In this document: in pieces, positions 42,599 to 53,492 of the stretch
How positions within the stretch are numbered: position 1 is the stretch's first letter
Layout: the number at the start of each line of letters is the position of its first letter
Assembly (NCBI GenBank): GCA_963804165.1
Contig: CAWDPO010000030.1
Span: 93,057-157,056 of the forward strand
DNA: 64,000 nt
Reading direction: 5' to 3'
Source: an uncultured delta proteobacterium
GTDB lineage: Bacteria; Desulfobacterota; Binatia; UBA9968
Notes under the pieces: model-generated
What the model was told of the DNA's origin: nothing
Seen by the model: only the letters and a program-made list of their open reading frames with translations
The model's database searches: none
Made by a program: the position numbers and the translations under genes

Positions 42599-43471
42599 AT
42601 GAAATTCGCCGCGACCAAACCCAACGATCTCGCGATTGTAAGGAACGAGAAATTGATTCCCGTCGGTGAGTTATTGCCCAAAGGATCGACAATGATCGAT
42701 TTGATCGCCGCCTACGACGGCCTCAAGGGCCAATTGGAAAAGCTAGCGATCCAAGGCGTTGGCATGACGCTCGACCACAAGCTACTCAAACCGCCGGTGG
42801 AGACCCCGTCAAAGATTTGGGCCGCCGCCGGCAACTACAAGCGCGGCACCGCGGGCTTGGATGACGCCCGCGGTCGAGGCACGGCCGCCAAGACCTCGCC
42901 GGAAGAATTGCTTGAAAACATTTTTCTGAAACCGCCTTCGGCCATCGCCGGTCCCGAGGATAATATTTTAATTCCGAAAAACGCCGATTCGATTTTTCCC
43001 GAGCTGGAGCTCTGCGTCGTCATCGGCAAAAAAGCTCGACACATCGCCAAAGCCCAAGCCTTCGACGCTGTTTTCGGCTACACGATCATGCTCGACGTCA
43101 CGGCCCGCGGTTATGGCTTGAGCAAAAATCTTTCCGGCACCCGCAACGTGCGCAAGGGCTTCGAAACCTTCGCGCCGATCGGCCCGTGGATCACGACAAA
43201 GGATGAAATCGCCGATCCGCACAATCTTTGGATGAAACTTTGGATCAACGGCGAGCTCAAGCAATCCGCGAAGACCGACGCGATGATCAACGACATCGCG
43301 ACACAGATCAGTTTTTTGTCTCAAGTCACGACTCTACTCCCGGGCGACTTGATTACCACAGGAAATCCGGATTCCCCTGAATTCCAGGAAAAGCTCAAGC
43401 CCGGCGACGTTTTAAAAGCCGAGATCGAAGGCATCGGTGCGATGACTAACGGCGTCGCGAGAGAGCAATAG
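42599..43471 (+). CDS. Fumarylacetoacetate hydrolase family
   Basis: 'FLKP', 'ELEL', 'DVTAR', 'K.FETFAP.GPW', 'PGDLI.TG'. Confidence 0.92.
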   Translation: MKFAATKPNDLAIVRNEKLIPVGELLPKGSTMIDLIAAYDGLKGQLEKLAIQGVGMTLDHKLLKPPVETPSKIWAAAGNYKRGTAGLDDARGRGTAAKTSPEELLENIFLKPPSAIAGPEDNILIPKNADSIFPELELCVVIGKKARHIAKAQAFDAVFGYTIMLDVTARGYGLSKNLSGTRNVRKGFETFAPIGPWITTKDEIADPHNLWMKLWINGELKQSAKTDAMINDIATQISFLSQVTTLLPGDLITTGNPDSPEFQEKLKPGDVLKAEIEGIGAMTNGVAREQ

Positions 43472-43527
43472 GGCGAGCTGATTCAGCCGCGGACTTCATC
43501 GCTGGGAACCTGTAATCAGATAGAAAT

Positions 43528-44868
43528 ATGATACGCATCGCGTCGTTTCGTGGAGTTCTCTACAACCAAAAAAAGGTCCGCGATCTCGCCAAGGTGATCG
43601 CTCCACCTTACGATGTCATCACGAAGGATGAGCAGGAAAGACTCTACAAGAAATCGCCATACAATTTCGTCCGCCTCGATTTGAGCCAGGAACCCGGGTC
43701 CTACGACGCCGTTGCGCAAACGTTCAATGAGTGGCAGGCCCAGGATATCTTCGAGCGCGATGAGAAGCCGGCGATCTATTTCTGGTCGCAGCGCTTCAAA
43801 CTCAAGAGCGGCGAAGAAAAACTTCGTCAGGGATTTATTGCCCTCATCGAATTGCAGGAATTAGGCGGCGATATTCGGCCCCATGAGAAAACCCATGACG
43901 CGCCCAAGGAAGATCGCTTAAAACTCATGCTCGCCTGCCAGGCGCAGTTGAGCCCGATCTTCGCGCTCTATACTCAGCCCAAGGAAACCATCAACCGCAT
44001 ATTGGCGCTTGCGGTCGAGGGAGTCGCGCCGGCGATCGAGGTCGAGCAGGATAACGGCGATATTTGCAACATGTGGCGCATCACCGACGCGGAAGTCATC
44101 CAAAAAGTCCAGCGAGAAATGCAGCATCAGGAGCTGCTGATCGCCGACGGCCATCACCGTTATGAGGCCACCTTGAATTACCGCGACCACATGCGCCGCG
44201 AGCGCGGCCAGTGGAGCGGTCAAGAGTCCTTCAACTACATCATGGCGTATTGCGCGAACATGAACGATGAGAATGTCGCGATCTTGCCCACGCACCGGCT
44301 CGTGCGCGGTTACCCGCACAAACCTTTCCTGGAACTGGAAGAAGCGCTGCAGACTAATTTTTACGTCGAGCAGCATCCCAAGACACCGGAAGGAAAAATC
44401 TCGTTTCTAAAGGCGCTCAAAACCGCCGCAAAAAAGCATCGCGTGATCGGCGCCAGTTTTAAACGCGATCCGCGTTATTTGATCTTACGGCTCAAGAACA
44501 AGCGCATCATGCAGCGATTGGCGAAGGACCTCAGCGCGCCGTTGAGAGAACTCGACGTGACCACGCTGCATGTCCTGATACTCGAACATATTCTTGTCAT
44601 GCCGCCCACTCTGCAGGAGAGCGGTGATACCATCCGTTACACCCAAGACGAAGAGGCGGCGCTCCAGGCGCTGGAAAAAGAAGACTACCAAGCGGCTTTT
44701 ATCTTGAACGCAACCAAGAAGGAAGAGATTCTCGCGATCGTTTCGTCCGGCGAGAAAATGCCACAGAAGTCGACCTATTTTTATCCCAAACTGCTTTCGG
44801 GATTGATCGTCAATAAGATCGATCCGGATGAGCAGATCGAAAGTTTCGGTTCCGTAATCCCGAAATGA
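43528..44868 (+). CDS. DUF1015 family protein
   Basis: 'PPYDVI', 'PHEKT', 'IADGHHRY', 'MPQKSTYFYPK'. Confidence 0.92.
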   Translation: MIRIASFRGVLYNQKKVRDLAKVIAPPYDVITKDEQERLYKKSPYNFVRLDLSQEPGSYDAVAQTFNEWQAQDIFERDEKPAIYFWSQRFKLKSGEEKLRQGFIALIELQELGGDIRPHEKTHDAPKEDRLKLMLACQAQLSPIFALYTQPKETINRILALAVEGVAPAIEVEQDNGDICNMWRITDAEVIQKVQREMQHQELLIADGHHRYEATLNYRDHMRRERGQWSGQESFNYIMAYCANMNDENVAILPTHRLVRGYPHKPFLELEEALQTNFYVEQHPKTPEGKISFLKALKTAAKKHRVIGASFKRDPRYLILRLKNKRIMQRLAKDLSAPLRELDVTTLHVLILEHILVMPPTLQESGDTIRYTQDEEAALQALEKEDYQAAFILNATKKEEILAIVSSGEKMPQKSTYFYPKLLSGLIVNKIDPDEQIESFGSVIPK

Positions 44869-45065
44869 ACCATCCCGCAGCAAGCTACGGGTATCGAAGG
44901 CCGGTCATGCGAACGACTCTGATTTCGTCACCCCCGAATGTTTTTATCGGGGGTCCAGATCCGGATTCGCCTGGATTCCCGCTTAAAACATGCGGGAATG
45001 ACGGACTTCGGATTGACGATCTTCTTGACGAGCAAGCTGCGGAGAATAAACCCACAGAGATTCAA
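44866..45065. repeat. Nested miniature repeat elements
   Basis: Outer GCAAGCT(A/G)CGG motifs flank an inner REP doublet (44926-45003). Confidence 0.6.
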
Positions 45066-45070
45066 TTCCC

Positions 45071-46453
45071 TCAGCGCAGCGGTTTCACCAGCTGCCCGTC
45101 CCCGGGCTTGCCGATAATCTTGCCGTCGAGCATCACCGTTTTGCCGCGCACGATCGTGCGGACCGGCACGCCTTTTACTTTTCGGCCGTGATAAGGTGTC
45201 CAACCGACTTTCGTGTACGTTGTCTCGTTGGTGATGACGTCTTCCTTATTCATATCGACGATGACCATGTCTGCATCAGAGCCGGGAAGAAGCACGCCTT
45301 TCTTCGGATAGACATTAAAAATCTTCGCGGCATTATAGGACGAAATTCTGACCAGAGTGTCGAGGGACAATTTGCCTTCGTTCACCGCAGTCAGAAATAG
45401 ACTTAGATAGTCCTGAATCTGCGGCTCCCCGCCCGGACAACTCCACATGTCGGTCCAACCCTTGTCTTTTTCGTCCTTCGTATGCGGCGCGTGGTCGGTG
45501 CCGATGATGTCGACGGTGCCATCATTGATCCCCTTCCAAAGCGCATCCACGTGTGCCGGCGGCACCCAGAAGCCAAGACAGTAGGGTCCGAGCTTTTCGA
45601 CATTCTCCCAAGTCCCCAAAAACATCGCCCACGGATTCACTTCGCAGGTACACGCCCTGCCTTCATCCTTGGCGCGGCGCAGCATGGCCAACCCTTCCGG
45701 TGTGGTCATGTGTAAAATATGGAGCTGAGCACCGAGCGCCTTCTGCATGCGAAACAACGTGCTCATCGCCGTATCCCAAATAATGCCGTCGTAGTCGCGA
45801 TAAGCTTTGGCGTATGCTTGCGGGCTGCGATCTTCGCGTTTCCAGTAGCGCCCTTCGATCTCGTCCATCAAATCTTGATCATGCGGATGAACCATCAAAG
45901 GCAAGCCGGTTTGTCCGACGGTCTCGAAGCACTTGAAAAGCTCGCCGTTGTTGTTGATACCGATGCCGGGCATGTGCGGATAATCCCTGCCGGTGTCCTT
46001 GACCATGAAGATTTTGAAGGCGAGCGGGCCTTCCTTGGCGAGCGCGGGAATCTCTTCAGGCACGGTTCCTGAAGGATTGTGATTGAAATCGACGATGGCG
46101 TTTTTGCTGTGATGCTCGATGAGCGCGCGGTATCGCTCCACCGTCGTCGTCGGTGGATTGACGTTGGGCATGCCGATGCTGAGCGTCACGCCACCCGCCG
46201 CCGCGGCCATGGTCGCCGTCGTGATGTCTTCTTTATGGGTAAATCCCGGGTCGCGATGATGCGTATGGGTGTCGATCAATCCGGGGATCACGTTCATGCC
46301 TTTGGCATCGATCACCGTGTTTGCGGTTTCCGGCAGCACCGGTGGCTTGCCGAGCGCGGCGATTTTGCCGTCTCTGACCGCGATATCGGCATCCACGAAC
46401 CCGCCCGGCGTCCACACTGCGCCATTTTTGATCAGCAGGTCGACTTGTTCCAT
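45071..46453 (-). CDS. Dihydroorotase/allantoinase-family amidohydrolase
   Basis: 'PGLIDTHTH.RDPG', 'GTDHAPH', 'GSDAD'. Confidence 0.9.
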   Translation of the reverse strand: MEQVDLLIKNGAVWTPGGFVDADIAVRDGKIAALGKPPVLPETANTVIDAKGMNVIPGLIDTHTHHRDPGFTHKEDITTATMAAAAGGVTLSIGMPNVNPPTTTVERYRALIEHHSKNAIVDFNHNPSGTVPEEIPALAKEGPLAFKIFMVKDTGRDYPHMPGIGINNNGELFKCFETVGQTGLPLMVHPHDQDLMDEIEGRYWKREDRSPQAYAKAYRDYDGIIWDTAMSTLFRMQKALGAQLHILHMTTPEGLAMLRRAKDEGRACTCEVNPWAMFLGTWENVEKLGPYCLGFWVPPAHVDALWKGINDGTVDIIGTDHAPHTKDEKDKGWTDMWSCPGGEPQIQDYLSLFLTAVNEGKLSLDTLVRISSYNAAKIFNVYPKKGVLLPGSDADMVIVDMNKEDVITNETTYTKVGWTPYHGRKVKGVPVRTIVRGKTVMLDGKIIGKPGDGQLVKPLR

Positions 46454-46608
46454 GAAACTTGTTGCTCCCTTCGCTCAGCTTCAAAAAGTTTTTATATGAT
46501 CGCTACTTACTCCTGTCAACCATGCTTGACTCAATAACTGAAATCTGAAAATATTCAGCCGCTCTTGACCGAGGAGCATATTCTCAAAGCTCGACGTGGA
46601 GGGATTTT

Positions 46609-47619
46609 ATGCTAAGGAAAACCTACTTCTTGTGCGCGCTTTTTGCTGCGATGATTTTAAGCGCCGGGCCCCTTTACAGCCAGAGCACAAGTTTAATCGC
46701 CGCCGGCAAGAAGGAGGGAAAAGTCGTCGTTTACGGATCGTTGGAATCCGACACCGCTGAATCGGCATTCAGTGCCTTCAAGAAAAAAACCGGCATCGAA
46801 GTGGACTACTGGCGCGCGTCGGCAACCAAGGTGATGGATCGCGCACTCAGCGAAAACCGCGCCGGCAAACCACTCTTCGATATTATCTTGACCAACGACA
46901 ATCCAATGCAGATCATGTTCAAAGAGGGCCTTTTCGCCAAATACGAGTCGCCTTCAGCAAAAGAGTTTACACAGGATTCGCTCGATCCGAACTTAGGTCC
47001 GCGCTACCGTAACGTCGTCATCGGCGTAGTTTACAACAAAGACGTAATCAAGCCCGCGGATGCGCCCAAATCTCTCGAGGATCTGACCAAACCGCAATAC
47101 CGCGGCAAGCTCGTCATGCCCGATCCGACACAGCACACCACGACGACCCAATGGGTCGCCAGTCTCGACAAGCTCATGGGCAAGGAGAAGGCCGATAAAT
47201 TTATCCGCGATTTGGCCGCGCAAAAACCGATACTCGTGGAGTCTCTCCTGCCGGCCGCCGAGCGCGTCGCCACGGGCGAGACGCCGATCGCGATCACCTA
47301 CGTTAAATACGTTTATATCTTTGGTCAAAGAGGCGCGCCTTTGGACTACCTCAGGCTCGGGAAATTTATGGGCGACGGCCACTATTTGGGTTTAAACAGC
47401 AAGGCGCCCCACAGCAACGCCGGTAAAGCGTTCATCGACTATTTCCTCGGCGCCGAAAACATGGCGACGATCGCCAAACTGGGCGAGTTCGTGAACCGTA
47501 AAGGCGTATATCCGCCGCTGCCCGACGCCGACAAAATCCAGTTTGTCGAGATGTACGACCTGGACTCAAAGAAATTCGCCGAGAAAAAGAAGGAATACCA
47601 GCAAATCTTTTTGCGTTAA
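46609..47619 (+). CDS. ABC transporter substrate-binding protein (Fe3+/AfuA-like)
   Basis: Signal peptide, 'KEGKVVVY', 'APHSNAGKAFIDY'. Confidence 0.88.
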   Translation: MLRKTYFLCALFAAMILSAGPLYSQSTSLIAAGKKEGKVVVYGSLESDTAESAFSAFKKKTGIEVDYWRASATKVMDRALSENRAGKPLFDIILTNDNPMQIMFKEGLFAKYESPSAKEFTQDSLDPNLGPRYRNVVIGVVYNKDVIKPADAPKSLEDLTKPQYRGKLVMPDPTQHTTTTQWVASLDKLMGKEKADKFIRDLAAQKPILVESLLPAAERVATGETPIAITYVKYVYIFGQRGAPLDYLRLGKFMGDGHYLGLNSKAPHSNAGKAFIDYFLGAENMATIAKLGEFVNRKGVYPPLPDADKIQFVEMYDLDSKKFAEKKKEYQQIFLR

Positions 47620-47625
47620 CCTGGT

Positions 47626-49389
47626 TTGTCTGTGCCTGCTGATGAAAGAGCGCTGGCCGTTGAACCGTCGTTGACGACCGCCTGGAGTCGTACGCGCCTT
47701 GGAGCTTTTCTCAGCCAGCCGGTCAGCTGGGTTTTTCTCGCCGTCGGCGGCATCATCGCATTTCTCAGTCTCTATCCGACTTTTTTTCTCTTTTACGGCA
47801 GCCTCACCGACGCGCCTCTCGGCGTGCCGGGGCACTTTACCTTGCAAAATTACGTCAGGGCGTATAGCGACCCGGAGGCTTATCCATTACTGCTGAATTC
47901 GTTCATCTTCGGCCTAGGCTCGTCGGGTTTATCCCTCGTTTTCGCCCTCACCTTGGCCTGGATCACCATTCGCACCAACGCGCCGTTTCGCCGCCTGTTT
48001 GAACTGACGGCGATTATCCCGAATATTCTTCCGCCCATCTTGGTTTCGATTTCCTGGGTGATGTTGCTCAATCCGAGCAACGGGCTGATCAATGCCATAC
48101 TCGTCAACTTTTTTGGGTTGGAGAAAGGGCCGTTCAATATTTATTCGATGCCCGGCCTCATCTTCGTCGAGTCGCTGATCCTGACGCCTCTGGCGTTTTT
48201 GATCGTCGCGGCGGCGCTGAAGAGCATGGATCCGTCGCTGGAAGAATCCGCCAAAACCCTCGGCTCGAATGAATTCGGCGTCATGCGGCGGGTCACCTTC
48301 CCGTTGATTCGTCCAGCTATTCTTGCCGCTGGAACTTTGAATTTTGTCCGCGCCGTGGAAAGTTTCGACACTCCCGCCATCATCGCTTTACCCGCGCGCA
48401 TTGAAGTCTTCACGACGAAAATCTGGCGCGAAGCGCTGGGATCTTTTCCGACCAACCATAATCTCGCCGCTGCATACGGGGTGGGTATCCTCGCGGTCGC
48501 GCTTGTTTTTGTCTATCTCTATCGTCGTTTCACCTCGCAAGTCGAGAGTTTCTCGACCGTCACGGGCAAAGGTTTTCGTCCGCATCAGATCGACCTCGGC
48601 GTGTGGCGCTACGCTGCCTCGGGCACGGCGTTGCTGCTGCTTATTTTGCTGGTCGTGCTGCCGATTCTCGTTTTGCTCCTGGTCGCGTTGCTGCCCTATT
48701 ATCACGTGCCCACATGGCAAACGTGGCAACGCTTGACTCTCGACCACTTTCGCTACGTGTGGGCGACGCCGCGCGTCCATAAAGCTTTCGTCAATAGCTT
48801 ATTTCTAGCCTTGGTCGGCGCGACCGCCTGCATGACCCTCGCTTCCTTGGCGGCGTACATCACGGTACGGACAAAGATCGCGGCGCGCGGTGTCATCGAA
48901 GGCTTGGTTTTTATTCCCTGGGCGTTTCCGGGCACGGCCATGGCGCTCGGGCTGCTGTGGGCGTACGTCGACTTCCCGATTCCGATTTACGCGACGATCT
49001 GGATCATCCTGATCGCGTACGTCACTCGCTTTCTACCCTATGGCTTGCGGGCGGTATCGAGCACGATCATTCAAGTGCACAAAGAGCTCGAAGAAGCGTC
49101 GATTGTCTGCGGCGCCGGATTCCTGGCAACTTTTCGCCGCGTTTTGATTCCGATGATGCGCCCCGGCATGGTGGCGGGCTGGATTATTTTAGTAACGATT
49201 TTTCTGCGCGAGTTCAGCGCGACCCTGTTTCTCTACAGCCCCGGCTCCGAACCGCTCGGACCGCTGCTCTATTTTCTCTATCTCGACGGCATGCGCGGCC
49301 GTGTCGCCGCCATCGGGCTCGTGATCTCGGTCATCTCAGTCATCTTGATCGCCATCGCCCAGCACTACTCGCGCTGGGACACGAAGTAG
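47626..49389 (+). CDS. Fe3+-type ABC permease (duplicated domain)
   Basis: Two EAA loops ('LEESAKTLG', 'LEEASIVCGA'). Confidence 0.9.
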   Translation: MSVPADERALAVEPSLTTAWSRTRLGAFLSQPVSWVFLAVGGIIAFLSLYPTFFLFYGSLTDAPLGVPGHFTLQNYVRAYSDPEAYPLLLNSFIFGLGSSGLSLVFALTLAWITIRTNAPFRRLFELTAIIPNILPPILVSISWVMLLNPSNGLINAILVNFFGLEKGPFNIYSMPGLIFVESLILTPLAFLIVAAALKSMDPSLEESAKTLGSNEFGVMRRVTFPLIRPAILAAGTLNFVRAVESFDTPAIIALPARIEVFTTKIWREALGSFPTNHNLAAAYGVGILAVALVFVYLYRRFTSQVESFSTVTGKGFRPHQIDLGVWRYAASGTALLLLILLVVLPILVLLLVALLPYYHVPTWQTWQRLTLDHFRYVWATPRVHKAFVNSLFLALVGATACMTLASLAAYITVRTKIAARGVIEGLVFIPWAFPGTAMALGLLWAYVDFPIPIYATIWIILIAYVTRFLPYGLRAVSSTIIQVHKELEEASIVCGAGFLATFRRVLIPMMRPGMVAGWIILVTIFLREFSATLFLYSPGSEPLGPLLYFLYLDGMRGRVAAIGLVISVISVILIAIAQHYSRWDTK

Positions 49390-49504
49390 GATAAAAGAGT
49401 CTCGCGCCAAGTACGCAAAGCGCGCAAAGAAATCAAAAATTACTTGGCGTCCTTGGCGTTCTCTGCGCGAGTCACGATTTCCGGAAATTGCGGAAGGATC
49501 AACA

Positions 49505-50497
49505 ATGGAAAAACTTTTTCTGACCGTCGCCTGCGGCGACTACGACCGAACCAAGCCTCTGCAGGACGGCTCGGTGGAACCGGAAGGAATCAAACTAAAC
49601 TACCTTGCGCTCCAGTCGGAGGAGATTTTTTGGCGCATGGGACACTACCGGGAATTCGATGTCTCGGAGATGTCGCTCTCCGCCCATGTCACGATGATCG
49701 GCCAGGGCAACTCCCCCTTCGTTGGTATTCCGATATTTCCCTCGCGATACTTTAGGCATTCGTCGGTCTATTACAATATCGAGTCGGGAATTAAGAAGCC
49801 CGAAGACTTCAAAGGCAAGAAGATCGGCACGCCGGAGTACGCGATGACGGCAGGAGTCTGGATTCGCGGCTTTCTCAGCGATGATTACGGCATCAGAGCA
49901 CAGGATGTGAAATGGTTTCTCGGCGGACAAACCGATCCCGGCCGTAAAGAACGCGTTCAATTGAACCTGCCGCCCGAAATCAGCGTCCAGTCTATTCCGG
50001 ATGACAAAACACTCAACGGCATGCTCGACAGCGGAGATATCGACGCGCTGATTTCTGCGCGCAGTCCGTCGGGTCTGGGCAGCGGCTCGGGAAAAGTGCG
50101 GCGGCTGTTTCCCAATTATAAAGAAGTCGAGATCGACTACTACAAACGCACCAAGATTTTTCCCATCATGCATATCATGGTGATCCGCAAGGATGTGTAT
50201 GAACGCCACCCGTGGGTGGCGCGGAGTCTTTATAAGGCCTTCTGTGACGCCAAGGACCGCGCGATCAAAACCATGCATATTTCCAACGCTCACGCCTACG
50301 CTCTGCCCTGGCTCTCCTGGGAAAGGGAGCAGCTCAGAGAAATTTTCGGTCCCGACTGGTGGCCCTACGGCATCGAGCCCAACCGCCACGTACTCGAATC
50401 TTTAGTCCGCTACATGGGAGAGCAGGGGCTTTTAAAAAAGCCACTCAAGGTGGAGGACATTTTCGCGCCGAGCTCCGCGGGGGAGTTCAAACTTTGA
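49505..50497 (+). CDS. 4,5-dihydroxyphthalate decarboxylase-like protein
   Basis: 'GDYDRT', 'FDVSEMS', 'FPIMH', 'DWWPYG'. Confidence 0.85.
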   Translation: MEKLFLTVACGDYDRTKPLQDGSVEPEGIKLNYLALQSEEIFWRMGHYREFDVSEMSLSAHVTMIGQGNSPFVGIPIFPSRYFRHSSVYYNIESGIKKPEDFKGKKIGTPEYAMTAGVWIRGFLSDDYGIRAQDVKWFLGGQTDPGRKERVQLNLPPEISVQSIPDDKTLNGMLDSGDIDALISARSPSGLGSGSGKVRRLFPNYKEVEIDYYKRTKIFPIMHIMVIRKDVYERHPWVARSLYKAFCDAKDRAIKTMHISNAHAYALPWLSWEREQLREIFGPDWWPYGIEPNRHVLESLVRYMGEQGLLKKPLKVEDIFAPSSAGEFKL

Positions 50498-50509
50498 ATA
50501 CACTGGGGT

Positions 50510-50584
50510 GATGGAGTACTGGAGCGATGGAATAATGCGTTCTCCGAATCCCAGTACTCCACCTCTCCATCACTCCAATACTCC
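50510..50584. repeat. Inverted 8-mer tandem repeats
   Basis: (TGGAGTAC)n-like / (CACTCCAA)n-like. Confidence 0.6.
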
Positions 50585-50586
50585 TG

Positions 50587-51015
50587 GTGTCAATGTCGCT
50601 CCCGAAGAAACTTCTCGCCTTTGTCCGCTCCGCGCGCGTCGCTCATCTCGCCACTGCAGATAAACATGGTCATCCACACGTTATCCCGATTTGTTTCGTT
50701 TTCGACGGCAAAAATTTTTACTCACCCATCGATGAGAAACCGAAGCGTAGCGCACCACAAAAACTCAAACGGCTTCGCAACATCCTAGAAAATCCGCAAG
50801 TCTCCCTCGTCATCGACCACTATGACGAGAACTGGACCAAGCTCGCGTACGTTCTGATTTTCGGCAAAGCTCGCGTGCTGCTGAGTGGCGCCAGTCACCG
50901 CAAGGCGGTGAAGCTTCTGCGCAGAAAATATTTCCAGTACCGGGCAATGAGAATTGATCGATTGCCGATGATTTTGATTCGACCGACACGAACGACGAGC
51001 TGGGGCGCAATATAG
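50587..51015 (+). CDS. PPOX-class F420-dependent oxidoreductase
   Basis: 'ARVAHLAT', 'PHVIP', 'DEKPK', 'DHYDENW'. Confidence 0.88.
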   Translation: MSMSLPKKLLAFVRSARVAHLATADKHGHPHVIPICFVFDGKNFYSPIDEKPKRSAPQKLKRLRNILENPQVSLVIDHYDENWTKLAYVLIFGKARVLLSGASHRKAVKLLRRKYFQYRAMRIDRLPMILIRPTRTTSWGAI

Positions 51016-51019
51016 ATGG

Positions 51020-52377
51020 CTAGATGCCAATCGCCAGTGATTTTAAAAGTCTCAACAAATATTTTTCATGCAGGCCAAGCTGCCTCGCCGCGGCGGCGCG
51101 ATTGCCATGACAGCGCTCCAGAGCTGCGAGAACCAACTCTCTTCGGTAATATTCCATGGCGTCGCGGTAGGACCGACCGTCGATTGACGGACGCGCTACC
51201 GATGCGACAACCCTCGACGGCAAATCTTGGATCGTAAGTCGCGGTCCGCGTCCGAGAACGATGGCTCGTTCGATGACATTGCCCAGCTCGCGCACGTTGC
51301 CTGGCCAGTCATAGGCACAGAGCTGCTTCAGCGCATCAGCGGCAATCTCGTTGAAATTCTTTTTTGCCTCTTTCGCATGACGATCCATGAAGTGGATCGC
51401 CAAAACCGGTATGTCTTCCGCTCTTTGCCTTAAAGGAGCAAGCGTGATGGGCACGACGTTCAGTCGATGGTAAAGATCCTCGCGGAAGCGGCCCTCTTTG
51501 ATCGCGCCGTCCAAGTCGCGATTGGTCGCCGCAATGATACGGACATCGACATGAATCGGCCTGACGCCGCCGACCCGGTCGAACTCGCGTTCCTGGAGAA
51601 ACCTTAACAGCTTGGTTTGAAGCTCCTGCGAGACATCGCCGATCTCGTCTAGGAAGACCGTGCCGCCGTTTGCCAGCTCGATCTTGCCTTTTTTCTGTTG
51701 ATCCGCGCCGGTGAACGCGCCCTTTTCATGGCCGAACAGTTCGCTCTCGAGAAGTTCCTTGGATAACCCCACGCAGTTGATGGCGACGAACGGTTGGTTT
51801 TTCCTTTCGCTCCAATTATGAATCGCGCGCGCGAAGACCTCTTTTCCCGTGCCGCTCTCTCCCAGAAGCAAAACAGTCGCCTTGCTGGTTGCCGCCTTCC
51901 TCGCGATTTCCACGGCTTCTTTCATTTTTTCGCTCTTGCCGATAATCAGCTGATAACGCTTGTCCGCATCTTCCGAGAAAAGTTCCAATTCCCTTTTGAG
52001 TCCTTGCCGCTCAGGGACTTTCGCACGACGATATCGAAGTGATTCGCATCGATCGGCTTGGTAATAAAGTCATAGGCTCCCTCTTTCATCGCCTCCACCG
52101 CGGTCTCGATGGAACCATGCGCGGTGATGACAATCGTCGAAACCTCGATTCCTTCCTTGCGTAGCGCGCGAAGCACTTCCATGCCGCCCATCCGGGGCAT
52201 CTGCAGATCCAGCAAGACTAGATCGGGCAGATCCTTCCGGACCGCGCTCAGAGCCTGCTCGCCATTGCCGGCCGTGGCCACATCGCAATCCAGCGGACGA
52301 AGTCTCACCTCCAAGAGACGGCGGGAAGCCGGATCGTCATCGACAATCAGCACTCGGGTACCACTAGTTTGCATCAT
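51020..52377 (-). CDS. sigma54-dependent (NtrC-type) response regulator, one frameshift near 52010
   Basis: REC domain, 'GESGTGKE', 'GAFTGA', 'WPGNVREL', Fis HTH. Confidence 0.92.
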
Positions 52378-52624
52378 CGTCTTCTTTTAGCTCTGCAAAG
52401 ACAATTTACCTCAGAGATCCACTGCAACCGAATCCCGGAATATCTCCCGCAAAGGCGCCAAGACGCAAAGAAATTCTCCCTCCTGAATCCTCCCCCCGCG
52501 ACGCGGGGGAGCTGGCAAGAAAAGGTGGGGGCTTGAACTGAGCGCAGCGGTTGAACGGCTTGAACGTTTTGAACGTTTACGTCTAGGGCCTCCGCGTCCT
52601 CCGCACCTCCGCGGTGAATCCTTC

Positions 52625-53014
52625 CTAATCTTCAATCTTAGATCTGCTCCCCACGTGCGCAGCGACTTCTTGGATAAACGTGTTCTTGTCGATCGGCTTG
52701 GTGACGTAGCCGGCACACCCGGCGGCCAGCGCCTTCTCCCGATCGCCCTTCATCGCATAAGAAGTCACGGCGATTACCGGAATATCGGCCGTCGCCGGCT
52801 GCTCCTTTAGTTTCCTGGTAACTTCAAGGCCGTCCATTCCCGGAAGTTGAATGTCCATCACGATGAGATCCGGGCGATTCTTCTCAACCATTTCGAACGC
52901 TGCCGCCGCGGTCGTCGCCTCCCGCACCTCGTAACCATGCGAGCGCAGCAAAAAACCCGCCAGCCGCCGATTCACCTCATTGTCTTCGACCAACAGAATA
53001 TTTTTTCCAGACAT
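52625..53014 (-). CDS. Single-domain response regulator
   Basis: 'VEDN', 'MDIQLPGMDG', 'TKPI'. Confidence 0.92.
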   Translation of the reverse strand: MSGKNILLVEDNEVNRRLAGFLLRSHGYEVREATTAAAAFEMVEKNRPDLIVMDIQLPGMDGLEVTRKLKEQPATADIPVIAVTSYAMKGDREKALAAGCAGYVTKPIDKNTFIQEVAAHVGSRSKIED

Positions 53015-53104
53015 AACGATTCTCTATTCTGGATTTTAGTCCCGCAAAACCGGATTTCGACTTTCGGACATTCCTCGCGCTAAGCACGCCAAGTTCGCAA
53101 AGGG

Positions 53105-53491
53105 TTAGTCTTCCTCGAGACCATTAACAGCTCGCGTGATGCCCTGCTTCATCAAACTCTCCCCAAAGTTGAGCAAAAATCCCAGTTTATATCCTGTGAG
53201 ACGCAAGTACGTTTGGAGTTGCTTCTTGTGCACTCGGCTAACTTGCTCAATTGATTTCAACTCAAGGACCACCTTCCCATCGACCATGATATCGGCTCGG
53301 AACGCCTCATCGAACTTTATCCCTTGATACTCGATCGGTATCGCTACCTGCCGCTCGACATGAAGCCCGTGTTGCCGCAACCGATGCGCCAAGATGACTT
53401 CGTAGACTGTTTCCAACAGACCTGGCCCCAACTCGCGATGGACCGCTATCGCCGAATCAACGACAAGTTTTCCAATTTCGTTTTCAGTCAT
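53105..53491 (-). CDS. GxxExxY protein (PD-(D/E)xK-like)
   Basis: 'LGPGLLETVYE', 'RADI.V', 'ELKS', 'Q..TYL', 'LLNFG'. Confidence 0.93.
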   Translation of the reverse strand: MTENEIGKLVVDSAIAVHRELGPGLLETVYEVILAHRLRQHGLHVERQVAIPIEYQGIKFDEAFRADIMVDGKVVLELKSIEQVSRVHKKQLQTYLRLTGYKLGFLLNFGESLMKQGITRAVNGLEED

Positions 53492-53492
53492 G

